Part shown: piece after piece, positions 1 to 12,400 of the stretch
How the letters are laid out: each line of letters begins with the position of its first letter
Position numbering within the stretch: the first letter of the stretch is position 1
From: Glycera tridactyla
Lineage: Eukaryota
Reading direction: 5' to 3'
NCBI GenBank assembly: GCA_965644265.1
Contig: OZ286465.1
Coordinates: 92,194,001 to 92,258,000 of the forward strand
DNA: 64,000 nucleotides
Translations under genes and position numbers: made by a program
Notes under the pieces: model-generated
What the model was told of the DNA's origin: nothing
Database searches by the model: none
What the model saw: the letters and a program-made list of their open reading frames with translations, nothing else

Positions 1-1364
1 ATGAGGTCAATGAAGTGTGTGATGTGATTTTCCAGCCACCCGCCTGCCAGAACCCGCCTGCCAACTCCAGCCACATATAACCCATCACCGGCACCATGGA
101 TGCCTTCAAATTATTTGTTTGGACAAATTATATCTTTAAACCACACTGCTTTCACCCGGCATGCTAACAGGTGCTCCTCGTATTCTACACGTGAATATCT
201 TCACGTCTAACTCAGCATAGATAAGACAAGTTTGAAACGCCCTTCAAAGACCAACCCCGGTTCCCTATAAGTGTTGTTGGTAAGCAGGTGTGTACAGGTC
301 AATTGCAGGGAGGTTGTTGACCATAGAAAAAACTATAGCGGTCACACACGGTGACCTCTATGGGCAATATGACCTGATAGAGGTAATCTCTCCAGCAGGA
401 TCGACCATGGACGTATATCATAATGTAGGTCCGTGGTTGACTGAGCATATATGTATAATTATGTCCTCTGTCACCTGAGATAGAAAAACAACGGACAATA
501 TACCTGGTGTATTACATTCAACAGACAATGTAGTGTCTGACCTTTATTAGGAGCAGCATCTAGCCTGTGCGTGATGCGTCACAAACATGTGCGTGATAAG
601 CCACGAACTCTCGTCACCAGCGAGAGTGTGACAAGCCCGCGAGATATTAATGGCGGGTGTTGGTTGCTCCGTCTTCAAGCTATCGCCATCAGTATGTGAC
701 ACTCCGGTAGGAAGCGGACACGAGTGACGCTGTACGATCTGTCGTGCTCACAGCTAGGTGAACGACGTGTTACTGTGAGCACGCCGATCGCCAGAAGAAG
801 GCGCTTTGTAGCTCACACTCTCACAGATCGCCTCTGGATCGCCGAAAGTTTTCCATCCTCTCACAGTGACTATTGATTTCTGGGCTCGGATCAAACTTTG
901 CCACCTGTTTCATCTCCCAAGGACAAGCGTGACAGCACCTCTGTATTTGGATATACCACGTACCTCTACAGCACACATGCGACACATAATTCATAATATC
1001 AACGTCTCAACAAGGTAATCTATTCTGTTGCCTTAACTTTTATCTCGTGAATTGTTCGCCATTGTCTCTGATGAGAGACCTCTTTCATGGTGACGTAAAT
1101 TGCTATGGACATTTATTTGCATGTTAATCTCGGTTGTACAGTTTTTGTTTGTTTGGGGTTTAACGACATGTATAAACCCTAGAGTTATGTGTGCCGTGTG
1201 TTCCTGGTTGATGAAAGCCAGATGTTCTCTCCCCTGCAGACATCTCTCTCGCAAACCCTGAACACAAGATGATGGGGAACCTGGAATATTGTCGAGTGGT
1301 AGTGGCTGACAGTTCAGACACACCTCTGCCTACTCGACATGAACCAATTGAATGTAATGATGGC

Positions 1365-1765
1365 ATATCTAACTTGCGATGCAATATTGCCACAATTCAT
1401 GTCGTCGTAATGGGAAGGGGTTGATGCCGATAGTAGCTCCTTAACAAATCAGGTGGACAGGACAGGACGTGAAGTGGCAAAGTGGTATACACCTTCCCCA
1501 AAGAGTGGATAGTTGAATATAATGTCGATGAAGGGCGGGTGGGAGTTGTGGGTACCAATGTGATCTGATTGACGATATTTCCATAGTTTATGTCACCGTA
1601 CTGGGAAGGGGTTGATGCCGATAGTGGCTCGTTGACAAATCAGGTGGACAAGACAGGACCTATTCGCTGAAGTGAAAGTGGCAAAGTGGTATACACCATC
1701 CCCAAGGACCTAATAGTTGAATATACTGTCGATAAAGGACGGGTGGGAGGTGAGGGTACCAGTGG
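1365..1765 (+). repeat. Diverged ~190-bp tandem duplication of an exon-like segment
   Basis: 1396-1560 vs 1587-1765: TGGGAAGGGGTTGATGCCGATAGT...GGCAAAGTGGTATACACC...ATAGTTGAATATA in both copies. Confidence 0.85.
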
Positions 1766-3289
1766 GAGATGGTTCTCGTCATATTCAAATTTGTAGTTAA
1801 ATACATATTTTAACGCTTTTGATTACCAGAATGGAAGTGTATACCTAGAAATCCATGCACTTAGCTCACATTAGGGGACCGGAACATCCTACTCATGCCT
1901 CAATTTTCTTGAAGTATTCAGGATGACGAAGCCCAATATGTCTGTATTTTTACTCTTATCTTGATGCAACATTGACTAAACTACATATATGTCACATGAT
2001 ATTACCTGATGATGAAGTTTGGCAAGAGGGTTGACAGTCATTTTCATCATGGTAGCACCAGTTGTGTAAGAGCTATCATTTTCTGTCTTCACAAGTCCGA
2101 ACCGAAATAGAGTTGGATTGGCACTTGTTGCTCATGACATTTATTACATGTGTACTAGATTTCAGAAGAGAACTATTAAAGGGTCATCTGTTATTGAAAC
2201 CCTGAACTCGAGACAGGAGCTATCTTTGTTAATAGTAAAGGAAGGCATCATTCCCTGAAGAGTGTCAAAGTTTTCAGGCTAGAGAACGTTCCCACTTGTT
2301 AGAAGTATATTCCATTCACATCGCCCACCCTTTCATGAATCACATTTTCGATTGATCGATCATATCTCGATTCGGAGTTACGTGGTATGGTCAGAAAATA
2401 GCCCCAGGAAACCCGGCGGGATGCCACTCGCTTGCACAACCTATATCAATATGACCGCTCCATATGTACACCATATGTACACAGAACTGCCTTCAATCAG
2501 TGGTCCTAATTTATCGTTTTGTTCATACATAGCCACAAATGATGTGATTGACAAGTCAATATATGATCCTGATGTTGATCTTCTGTACGAAGGAGAAGGG
2601 TGTTGATGTAATACACGCCCTACAACTAATACAACTTCTGAAGCGCCTGTAAAGCCTTCAAACTCCTGAACAAAATGGAGGTGATGGGAGTACCTCTAGA
2701 ATACACTATCACGAATGGTTGAAAGGATTTCGTTATAACCCATATGTGAATGAGTATAATTCAAGAAACGATGTTGGATACATCATTATGGTATTTGCTG
2801 TGGCAATTACAGGAACACCTGGGGACGTTTCCAAACTAATGACGCACATTGGTCCTGTGTTATCAACTTGAAGATAGTACCGGCTCAACACAGATGGCGG
2901 CAAAAAATTCTGTGAGCGTTTTGAACGTAATTACGAGAAAATTCTAATTTGCATCTCTCCATTGAGGCGTCTATATGCTATAAGATTCTGTATGCATTAT
3001 TATGCAAACAAAATTGTAATTAGGATGCAAGGCTGACAATATTGCCATGATATGCAGTGCTAAAGTAAATGTTCACCGCCAGAGTGAGTTGCTTGTAAAA
3101 CATTTTATAATTGTCAGACTACTGTTCAGCAATCAAACGCGCTTTTTAGAAGTATCCACCCTTCCAGGATTCAACAGTGCATAACCATTGACACGATAGT
3201 GTATCAATGACTTCGAGGATCAAATCTCAAGCAGGATGAGCTCCATCAAAGTCAAATCTGTTCTTTGTAAATTCGCCACCGTTTGAGCT

Positions 3290-3730
3290 CTGTCATGAAT
3301 ATTTCATCAATGTGAAAATAATCCTAGATGTACCAGTATCTTGTCTGCTGTATCAAGACAATTTCATCTATCATGAAGATCAAGCGGGTAGGCAATTGAA
3401 GAAATCTGATACAATGATCACATGTTGCTGCTGATCGCCAGACTGAAATATCGATCACAGATAGCCTTAGATTCTTCGAAATTCGATCAGATCCTACCCT
3501 GTACTTTTCGAAATGCATTAGGCATAATTCAACAGATTCAAGTGCCATCTCAGTCTCGTAGGAGCATCCACAGTATCACTAGTAAAAAGACTGCCAGAAC
3601 CTCATACAACTCCCTTATATGACCTGATTTCGACTATTGCAGCTCTATGGATAATGCAGCGTCCATCGTGGACTGCAAGAAACTCCAGGTCTCACAGAGT
3701 AATGCCTCCATGGGTGATTGTGAAAGCCGA
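3290..3730 (+). mobile_element. Old LINE (L2/Crack-like) RT C-terminal relic
   Basis: LLYQDNFIY (degenerate YADD), LKY..LDS.KFDQ, TARTSYNSLI*PDFDYC (3611-3640), KKLQVSQSNA. These match the conserved Y.SLI.P.FDYC...KLQ..QN block. Confidence 0.6.
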
Positions 3731-6037
3731 CAGTAGAAAAACAGACAGGGACCTAATAAACAGATCAAGAATTTTCCAAAATAACAAGCTGCATTATGAT
3801 ACACATATATATACTATATAAGAATCCAAATTTTATTGCAGATGATTGATATACTGTTCGACGTGTTCCAAATTATAAAGAGAGGACGCAAAAAGACAGA
3901 AGATGGCGGATGAAACTGACCGCGAATGGCCATGACAGGATCAAAGTCAATTCGCTACATCATAGTAGTGTCAGTTTGAACAATCTCCCTTTCAAGCCTG
4001 AAGAAGGTTGCAAAACAAGCATCAGACTACCATACCACAGCGAACCCAATGTGTGGGTTAACAAAAGCTTTGATAGTGCCTACAAAAAATGACAGAAAAC
4101 ATGAGTACATTGACCGACTTCGCACCACAAAACACATGAGTGATACCCAGATGATGGTAGTGCTTGAAGTCTGCATATTCACTCATATCAAGGAGCTCTC
4201 AGATATCATCTATCGTAGTTCATATATTCGGTGGTTGGTAGAAAACTGCATCACCACATGAAGCAGTGGGCATCTCTGTACACATTGGCAGGAGAATGTG
4301 GTAGCCTATGTCTCTGTTGAGAATGGGTGTAAGGATAGCGATTTGTATGACCTCGTCAATGCCTCTACTGACCCGATCAAGTTCAGGAACCACCATCCCA
4401 ACCACTTAGTTGAAAACCATCGGAATCCCTCTTGGTCTGTGACAGGATACAGTAAAACCTGTCAATAAAGACCGCACTAAAACTAGCCTTTACAGGCAGG
4501 TGGTCTTCATAGAGAGATTATTTACTGTCGGAATTACATGGTCTCAGCTCGGGGGGACCTTCATAAAGCAGTGATCTTTTTAGAGAGATGATCTTTAGAG
4601 CCTATGCCTTATGTATGTAGCACCAAGTTGACGATATTGGTTGAAAATGTACTCGTGATCTTCACGACAGCGGCCAACAGATGAGTCGGTTTTTCGACAG
4701 AACACATTGTCTTTGAATCACCCATATATATCTGTTTTGTATACAATGTGTAAAACATACACAAGTGGAAAAAAGACACGGCCGCATCATCCTCCATCGG
4801 GTTCTCACAAGATTTGGCTCAAGTTGACTCGATAAAAAAACCTCATATTTCATCCCGTATAAACCTAGCCTGAGTGTTTGTGTATATGTCACGTGGGCAA
4901 ACGCATGAAATCCAGTAGCGCTTTGAGGCCATGATATCATAAAGACGACATAAATGGTAAATTGGCAAACGGCTGGTGGTGAAGGGATTCAGGAAGAGGT
5001 GGCCTCATGCAAAGCCAGCAATTGCCTCATGGGAAAGCCGTTAGCGGCCAAGATCAGCCTTCCATTAAATGGCGAATTACGGTGCAAAACGACCGCTTGC
5101 ATTAGTTAAGAGGCATCATATCCGTCGAAATGACTTGCATGAAATACCCAGTAGGACGGCGGCAGAAGGCTATTTGAGCCATTTCAATTTCTCACATCTC
5201 CCCATTATTTGGTCGATGGATGATTGCATCTCAATGGTCCATTGTTCTTTGGGATTCCTCGTCTTTCTCGACATTTAGGCAAATATCTTATCACTTCGAG
5301 TGTACATATTCCTCGTTCTATATCCTTTTTCTGTTTATCTATTTGAATTTCTTGCTTCAATTGTTTACAGTCCTTCGTAGCACACGCAACTATCATTCAG
5401 CAATTGTACATTGAGGTTTTCATGACAGCCCTCGTCTCGAGATTTATTGCTCTGTCATCCGAAAGATGCCATCGATGGATATTTGTAATCACTGTCATCG
5501 GGTAGCACTACACTTCATCCAGTATTCATTGAATGGTTCTAGCCACTTTGATTTGGTAGTACTACACTTCCTTGTTGCCAGTTGGCTAGCTGTCATTATA
5601 GGAGTTCAACTATGGATTGAATAGCCCTAGATACTGTTCTCAGGTAGCACTACATTCTCCCCTACCCATTTCTGATCTTTTCTATTGTATCCTATTCCAT
5701 TCTTTGCTTCGCTATTCTATTCGCTTCACTGTTACTGAGTAGCAGTATTTATCATCAATCATTGATGTGAGTTAACGCTTCAATACTGAAACAATTGTTA
5801 TGTATACTGTATATGCATGTTTTCCTGAGAAAATTGGATGAAGTGTTTTCAATCAACCGATCAAACCATACCTTCAGATTGATTGGATAATGCCACACCT
5901 CTATCGTCAATGGAACAGTACTAGCCAATATATTTGGGTAGAACTGCTCCTCAACTAATGTGAATATGGTTAGTGAATATGGTTAGCCCTCGCAACAGGG
6001 TTGCTCTATACATCATCAATTGTCACTGGAATAGTTC

Positions 6038-6097
6038 CAGCCCCCTTACCTGGGTAACAGCCCCCTTACCTGGGTAACAGCCCCCTTACCTGGGTAA
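6038..6097. repeat. Three perfect tandem copies of a 20-bp unit CAGCCCCCTTACCTGGGTAA
   Basis: Read directly; no spacers. Confidence 0.95.
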
Positions 6098-6996
6098 CAC
6101 CACACGCCTGCGATTGATAATTGGAGTTTCAGCCGGTGTGTTGCCTGATTAAACTTTCACATTACAGATTCATTTGAAATCGGCTGAAAATGACTTTCGT
6201 CGGTGCATTTTTGGTAGGTATTTGGTGCAATTCTGATCACTAGCTATAGCTACGTGATATAAACGATGACTTAAGACAGAGATGTCAATTAAAATCTGCA
6301 TTACATCTGATACACAATACATACCTGGCTATCACAATGCCACTCTGTCGTGTATAACTGTTATATTCAGATTGCAACATCGCAGTGAAATTACACCGAC
6401 GGAAGAACGAGTCTGATTAATCAGATGAATTTAATTTGATATATTTGTCACTTAAGAGGATTCAGCGTCGTCATGGAGACATTACTGCTGGTTCAGATGC
6501 GCCATACATAATGTACATATCTTCATAAATGTCCCAACACGTTAATGCAACAAGCTTTTTTTTGACGCTCTGTCTGTCTCTCTTCATTCTTTCATCTCGA
6601 AATTACCTCATTTTCATTCATTTTATTCTTGCGGTACTATTATTTCTGGAGTTTGTCCAGGGATGGTTTTTAATGATATTAGCTGACGTGGTGTGACCTG
6701 CTATCCGGTGTCAGTTTTGGTTCAGCTTCCATTGATAAGATTCAAATAGCTTACTCTATCGCCAAGCTCACCGCCGCCGCCATTGGCACTGAGATTGGCA
6801 TCACATTAGTGCAGATTATTCTAATGTGATCAGTGGTACCACATGATTTAGTGGCAGAATTTTCACATCGGTCCAAAATGTAATATGATCCCTGCAGAAA
6901 CTAGTGATGGGGTTGGTGAACGTAGTAGAAAAGTCAGATGAATTTTCCTGTGTATATGGGGAAAACACAGCTACACCGAGTGCAGAGGCTTCGTGC

Positions 6997-7171
6997 CAGA
7001 TACTAATACAGAATGGAACGAGTGTTGCGTATGGCAGGCCGTATACGTCGAGTTGTTCGGGCCGTGCGAGGCACGAGTGGCCGTAGGCCACGAGTGCCCC
7101 GTAGGCCCGAACAACAAGACTTATACAACCTGCCGTACACAACACGAGTTGTATTCAGTATTTATTATCTG
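6997..7171. mobile_element. 175-bp palindromic non-autonomous element (MITE/Crypton-like)
   Basis: Imperfect palindrome (GTGTTGCGTATGGCAGG / CCTGCCGTACACAACAC; GTTGTTCGGGCC / GGCCCGAACAAC) centred on GGCACGAGTGGCC-GTA-GGCCACGAGTGCC. Confidence 0.75.
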
Positions 7172-7665
7172 ATATACCTCTTCCACTAGTTTTTCTACTT
7201 GTTTTTTTCACTAAATTTTGCATTTGGAGAGGGAGACAGAGAGAGGACGGGAGTGAGAGTGGGTGCCACCGACGCCGATAACGCATGGCGAGCAAACGTG
7301 AACAAACCAAATCCCGCGTCTCTGAAGCTCACCTTGTCAATCGCCGTTNNNNNNNNNNNNNNNNNNNNNNNNNNNNNNNNNNNNNNNNNNNNNNNNNNNN
7401 NNNNNNNNNNNNNNNNNNNNNNNNNNNNNNNNNNNNNNNNNNNNNNNNNNNNNNNNNNNNNNNNNNNNNNNNNNNNNNNNNGGTGCCGCCGACGCCGATA
7501 ACGCAAGTTGTTTGGGGCGAGTTTGTTTGGTGGCGATTTGCCGGTAAATCCTCTCACTCTCGTCCTCTCTGTCTCCCTCTCCAAATGCAACATTTAGTGA
7601 AAAAACTAGTGAAAAACTTGTGAAAAGATAATAGATACTGAAAACAACTCGTGTTGTGTACAGCA
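7131..7665. repeat. Long inverted repeat (~125-bp arms 7131-7259 and 7550-7665) around an N gap
   Basis: CACTAAATTTTGCATTTGGAGAGGGAGACAGAGAG is mirrored by CTCTCTGTCTCCCTCTCCAAATGCAACATTTAGTG. A 24-bp direct repeat GGTGCC(A/G)CCGACGCCGATAACGCA lies at 7262 and 7482. Confidence 0.8.
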
Positions 7666-7860
7666 CACACTCATTTTCGGGTGTCAGCAGGTCAATGGCA
7701 GGTTGGTCATGAGACTTGAACGGGATTGGTCAATATCGATCACGTGACCTAGGAGTTGATACAAAAATCTGTATCAAACATGTGCTGATACCAGAAATTT
7801 ATACAACTTCTCTGTATTTAAGGGTCATCAGCCTTTATTCACCTGTGACTGAGCATATCA

Positions 7861-7910
7861 GATAATAAAATACAATAAAATACAATACAATAATCTTTTA
7901 TTTAGGCTCG
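7861..7910 (-). mobile_element. Isolated LINE-type 3' end (polyA signal plus (ATTGT)n tail)
   Basis: Minus strand reads CTAAATAAAAGATTATTGTATTGTATTTTATTGTATT, the same pattern as AATAAAGATTATGTTATG at 41041. Confidence 0.5.
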
Positions 7911-10900
7911 CAAGGTATCCGAGTTTTGGTCGAAATACAGAAATAGGCCTCAGTCACACACTACGAGGGCTGGGTGATGGTCTCAGGTTAGCAGTGGTGT
8001 TACAATGTCTTTGAACCAGGGTTTGAAATTCAATCGAAAACACCTGATTATGACCCTCCAAGATCTGACTATTAGCAGTGAACCTTGCAGGCTACAACAG
8101 CGTTGATGAGCTGAAATAAAATCTATCAGTCAAAAGAGTCAAACATACCCTTTTCCTGACTTGACAGTCCCAGGCAATGAGAGCATTGGCATTTCTTTCA
8201 TAGTCGCTGCCATGCGGTGGTATGTGGCAGAAATGGATGGATGTTCTTCTTCCCCAGGTGAAATATGCATGGCATTGCCTCATTTCCAGTGGCAAGACTA
8301 TATTGAGTAGGTTATATCACCTTTAATCCAAATAAATATTTTGTTGCTTCTTCATCACTAATGGAAAATGTGGGAGCGGACTTGTTCCGCCACATGCAAA
8401 GTGGGCTATGGCAGAAATGATGTCCTGCCTTTCTTGTCTGTTTGACTTGCGAGTAACTCCCAATAAAGCCACATTTCATGCGATAATGTGTGAATATATC
8501 TAATGCAGTTGCCATGTTACCATACCTCTTTTCAAAGTCCGTCAATTATTGATCTCATCGACCAAGGTGTGGGTTGGTCGATTAGATTCATGACATCACG
8601 GCCATGAATACACATAGAAATTGTGGCATATTGCAACTCCTGATGGCTCCCAGTATTCAGCTCGCATTCTGTGAGTAATTTTTGGAGACATCCTACTCGT
8701 GAGGACGTTAATTCTTTTTGTTTGAAGCGCCTCTGCCTCCACCAGATAACTTGTATACATCAAAACCTGTAGTAAGCAACCATTTAACTCACATATGACC
8801 ACTTGCTGGTTTCCGACGAGAGCAAAGGACTTGCATGAATCCTACCTGTTTTGAAGATCACCCCCTTGCCTGATACACTCCACTATGTACAGTATTGTCG
8901 TGGATGTTCAGTGTCCCACGATTCTAATACCAACATGTCCGTCTCTCGCCAATGTGATGGTTCTCACAACTAGAGCATGCAACTCACCATACCACAGGCA
9001 TCCTTGCAATTTCATTTCGTTTCTCGGGACGGAGGGAGATATAATAACAAAAGGTGGTGGATTACAATAGTTTCCTATTCACCCACCTTTGCATTTTCCC
9101 CCACACCTTTGCCAGCACTTTTTCGTTGATCTTATTGTCTGTTTTTTGGGCCCGTTCTTCCGTCTGTGATTCAGCCTTCAGCCTTCGTGGACGCCCAGAC
9201 TGGATATCTATGAGCCTTTAATGTATATATTTCGAATGTTTTAACTCTATTTCGCCGTCATGATCCTCTGATACGATGTTTTATCAGCGATCAAGCGGTT
9301 TTCTTGCTACACACAGTTTCCGTTGAAGGGTATGTTGGGAATCGAACGACAGCTGGACAGTAAGACAGCAACACTGAATCTTTCTTCACAGAGACGATGA
9401 GTCCCATGCATAAACAAATAAAACTAGCAATGGTCATATCGTTGGTCCGGCTGCGGCTAGTCACACAGTCACTAATGTCATCAATTCATTCATTCGTATC
9501 TTCATATGTAGGTATAGGTGTGTCTGAACCGACTACTTCCAGTCAAAAGCCCATCTGGTTCCTGAACATCCTCTGTTCGAGGTTTGTGAGCTTGCTGCCT
9601 CACGTGCACAGTTCATCAGACTTTCATAGATCGGGGACACATAATATACAAACTTTTGGGGCTGATCAGGTTAGACAAGAATATTTTTGGTGGTTGGGGA
9701 TTTTTGTTTCTGTTTATTACCAGAAAATTTCTATGTCATGTACATTCCCTGCTTTGGTTTGGAAAACAATCATGAACGGGGATCATCACTGGAAAGTTGC
9801 AGAACTGGGTTGAGAGGGTCTCTGGCTGATCCATCAGCTTTGTCGAAATCAGGATGTCCCAGAATGGCATGAACCTACGTTTTCCCTGTCCATACTTCAC
9901 CTTGATAGATCATGCTTCATCTATTTGTTGGAACGTTTCCGTGAGCCTCTGATCTTCCATTTGCTCCTCACGTCATCCTTATCTATTTATGCTCCCCTAT
10001 TTGTGCTTCGATTTAATTGATGCTGCTTCAATGGATTTCAATCCGAACTATCTCCTCAAAAGAGGATATGCTCGGGGACACCTGAAAGCCCGTTGCTGTG
10101 CAAACTCTTCGCTTACATACCTCTGAAATTTGAATGGTTTATGATAGTGATGAATCCCATTGATCGAAACATGTCAGCTATCATCATTTTTGTTCAATTC
10201 AGTACATTAATATTCCTAATTCTACTGATAGATACATGTCATCAACTCTAGCTCAACCAACCAAGCAATCATCAGCTGGAGTATGATGTCGATCACTTTT
10301 CTTGCGTGTTTTGCAGTGGGGTCAGTGAAATCACATCAATCAGGATTGTTTTTGTTTGTAGAAATTTTGCCAACTCGAACAGGTGTGAATTCTCGAAGTG
10401 CAAAATACCACCATAGCTGCCAGGTAGTGATTCCTGTGCGTTCCGGTCTCATGCGCAAAGTGTTTCACGACTTGCTCACAACCATATCGTTATATTCTGG
10501 CGTTACTCCGACTTCTTCCAATTTCTCAGATGATTGTGTGCTTTATATCAGATGCCATCTATCTGTGTTCTTTTCCTTCCTGTCAGTGCTGTATAGACTG
10601 ATTATGAAGAATATGACTCAACATGACTGCAGATATATTCTGTCGCTTGCACAAGCTACTTTTTGACCTACATATTATGGAGATATATCATCAAATGAAG
10701 TATCCTAGGGTACACGCCTTCATTTTCTTGGAGCTCGACGAGCGATATGATTAGGAAACTGCCAAATGATGGCGCCCGCCATGATCCTAGCTTCACATCA
10801 CCTATCATCATCGGCGCTTGTTACACTATTTCTACAATGTTAACGGGAGAGATATCAGGCGGTTTAGCAGACAAATGTTGACGAAGCTTGTGATGTGGTA

Positions 10901-10919
10901 GGAGCAGCTGCATGATCTG

Positions 10920-11010
10920 ATGGTAGCGTGATGCCCAGGCTATCAGCTAAGAGCATACCAGACCAAATGTGTAATCACCGCCTGGAATGATGATTGGCTT
11001 GACTGTCATT
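10920..11010 (+). pseudogene. Sushi/CCP-domain-like relic
   Basis: CPGYQLRAYQTKCVITAWNDDWLDC (10932-11006) fits C..GY.L.G....C....W......C, each spacer within about one residue of consensus. Confidence 0.45.
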
Positions 11011-12321
11011 CGAGAAATGTGCTGCCAATAAAAATTACACACTTCACCTTCGCATGCCTACCCCAAATTTCAATTCAACATTTCTCCTGCAGCAACCCCT
11101 GGTGGCGCAGAAAAAAAAACCACATGTGCTGAGGAGAATCACCCTAGTGTTGACCCGATGAGCCTCATTCGTATGGATTCACATTCGTTGCTGGATAATA
11201 TAATCAAATGTTATATTTCATATACTCACATATGAGGTCGCGAGAAAATTGTTGATCTATTTCGTACTCTTATTCCTGGTAGTGCCTGACCAGCATGCTA
11301 GATATGTGTACCATGGTATTCCGTATTTTGGATCAAAAACCATTGCCAGGCAATAATCATTTTGAATTTTCAGTCGTGTTATTCTCAGCGTGTTCTTGTG
11401 CATATCGTGAAGAGTTCAGCGTGGAATAGATGGTTAGAAAGAATCTAGTCCCTAATGCAGAAAAACGACAAAGGTGATGCTGATCTTTCTTGTGCTCGAT
11501 GGAATTATCTTCACTATATTCTCAACGAGGGATGACAATTGGGTGATAACAAACTACACCCCCCCATGCTGCCGCAACTAGTCTCACTAAAGTACCAATT
11601 AGACACACAGAAACGAGTGGTTGATTAAGTTATGGACATGCTTGTTGATGTATCTGTTTTGGTATCTCAGATTGAAAATGCTCAAAAAACAGGGTACTAC
11701 TGCTCAGAACCATGTCCTACTTCCCTTGATAAAACAACTGTGATTCTCTTATATGCATCACTGCACAAACTCCACAACACATTCGGTCTTCGGTACACCG
11801 GTCAGTGTGTACTGAGTGAACTAGACATGACTGCTTCTGGTTGATATGGATGCCATTCCACCAAGAGGATTACTCAGCCAATTTCCAATCTAATTCCTAT
11901 TGGATTTTATGACCCTATTAGCAATATCGGTGTGAATAATGGTTTCGAAGAGGATGATTTCTTCCACAGGGATTGTAGGCTATTGGAACAGCAGCACAGG
12001 CACAAACAGTGAAGATGATCCATCACCAGATGAAGATACATGTAACTATATTGCCAATGAAGATTTCCGGGGTTGATCGCCAACGTATATTCTCAAATAT
12101 TGGCGCTGCAGACATGGAAAGGATTCCCTAAACGTAGATTGTGACCAATAACCGAAGATGAAGTGATGGAAAACCTGGTAAGAATCAGTGATGCTACAGA
12201 CTGCTTTCACTGACAGGCGGGTGCACTAAAAATGACGTAACTGCTTGCAATGGCCATGGTTCCTTTTCATGGGAATCAAAACCGACTACGTCATTCTGAG
12301 TCCTCCCAGGGCCTCAGTGAA

Positions 12322-12400
12322 GCAGGCCTCTGGACTATAGCATCCCTAACAGACTTCTGGAGAATGGTGTCTGGGAGCAGTGTTATCAACCAGCCCAGTG
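12322..12400 (+). pseudogene. Protein-tyrosine-phosphatase exon relic (DFWRMVWEQ motif)
   Basis: GAC TTC TGG AGA ATG GT[GT]C TGG GAG CAG (12352-12380) reads DFWRMVWEQ after removing a 2-nt GT duplication. Upstream CAG|GCCTCTGGACTATAGCATCCCT can be read GPLDYSIP with two further indels. Confidence 0.6.

Noticed and set aside
4220-4405. DEVIQIA...YHILLP as a DEDDh exonuclease
   Set aside because: ExoI D-x-E-T-T-G motif missing; the frame ends quickly.
5237-5275. VHCSLG...FLVFLD as a PTP active-site exon
   Set aside because: Lacks AGVGRTG, has no supporting flanks, and lies upstream of the DFWRMV relic (wrong order).
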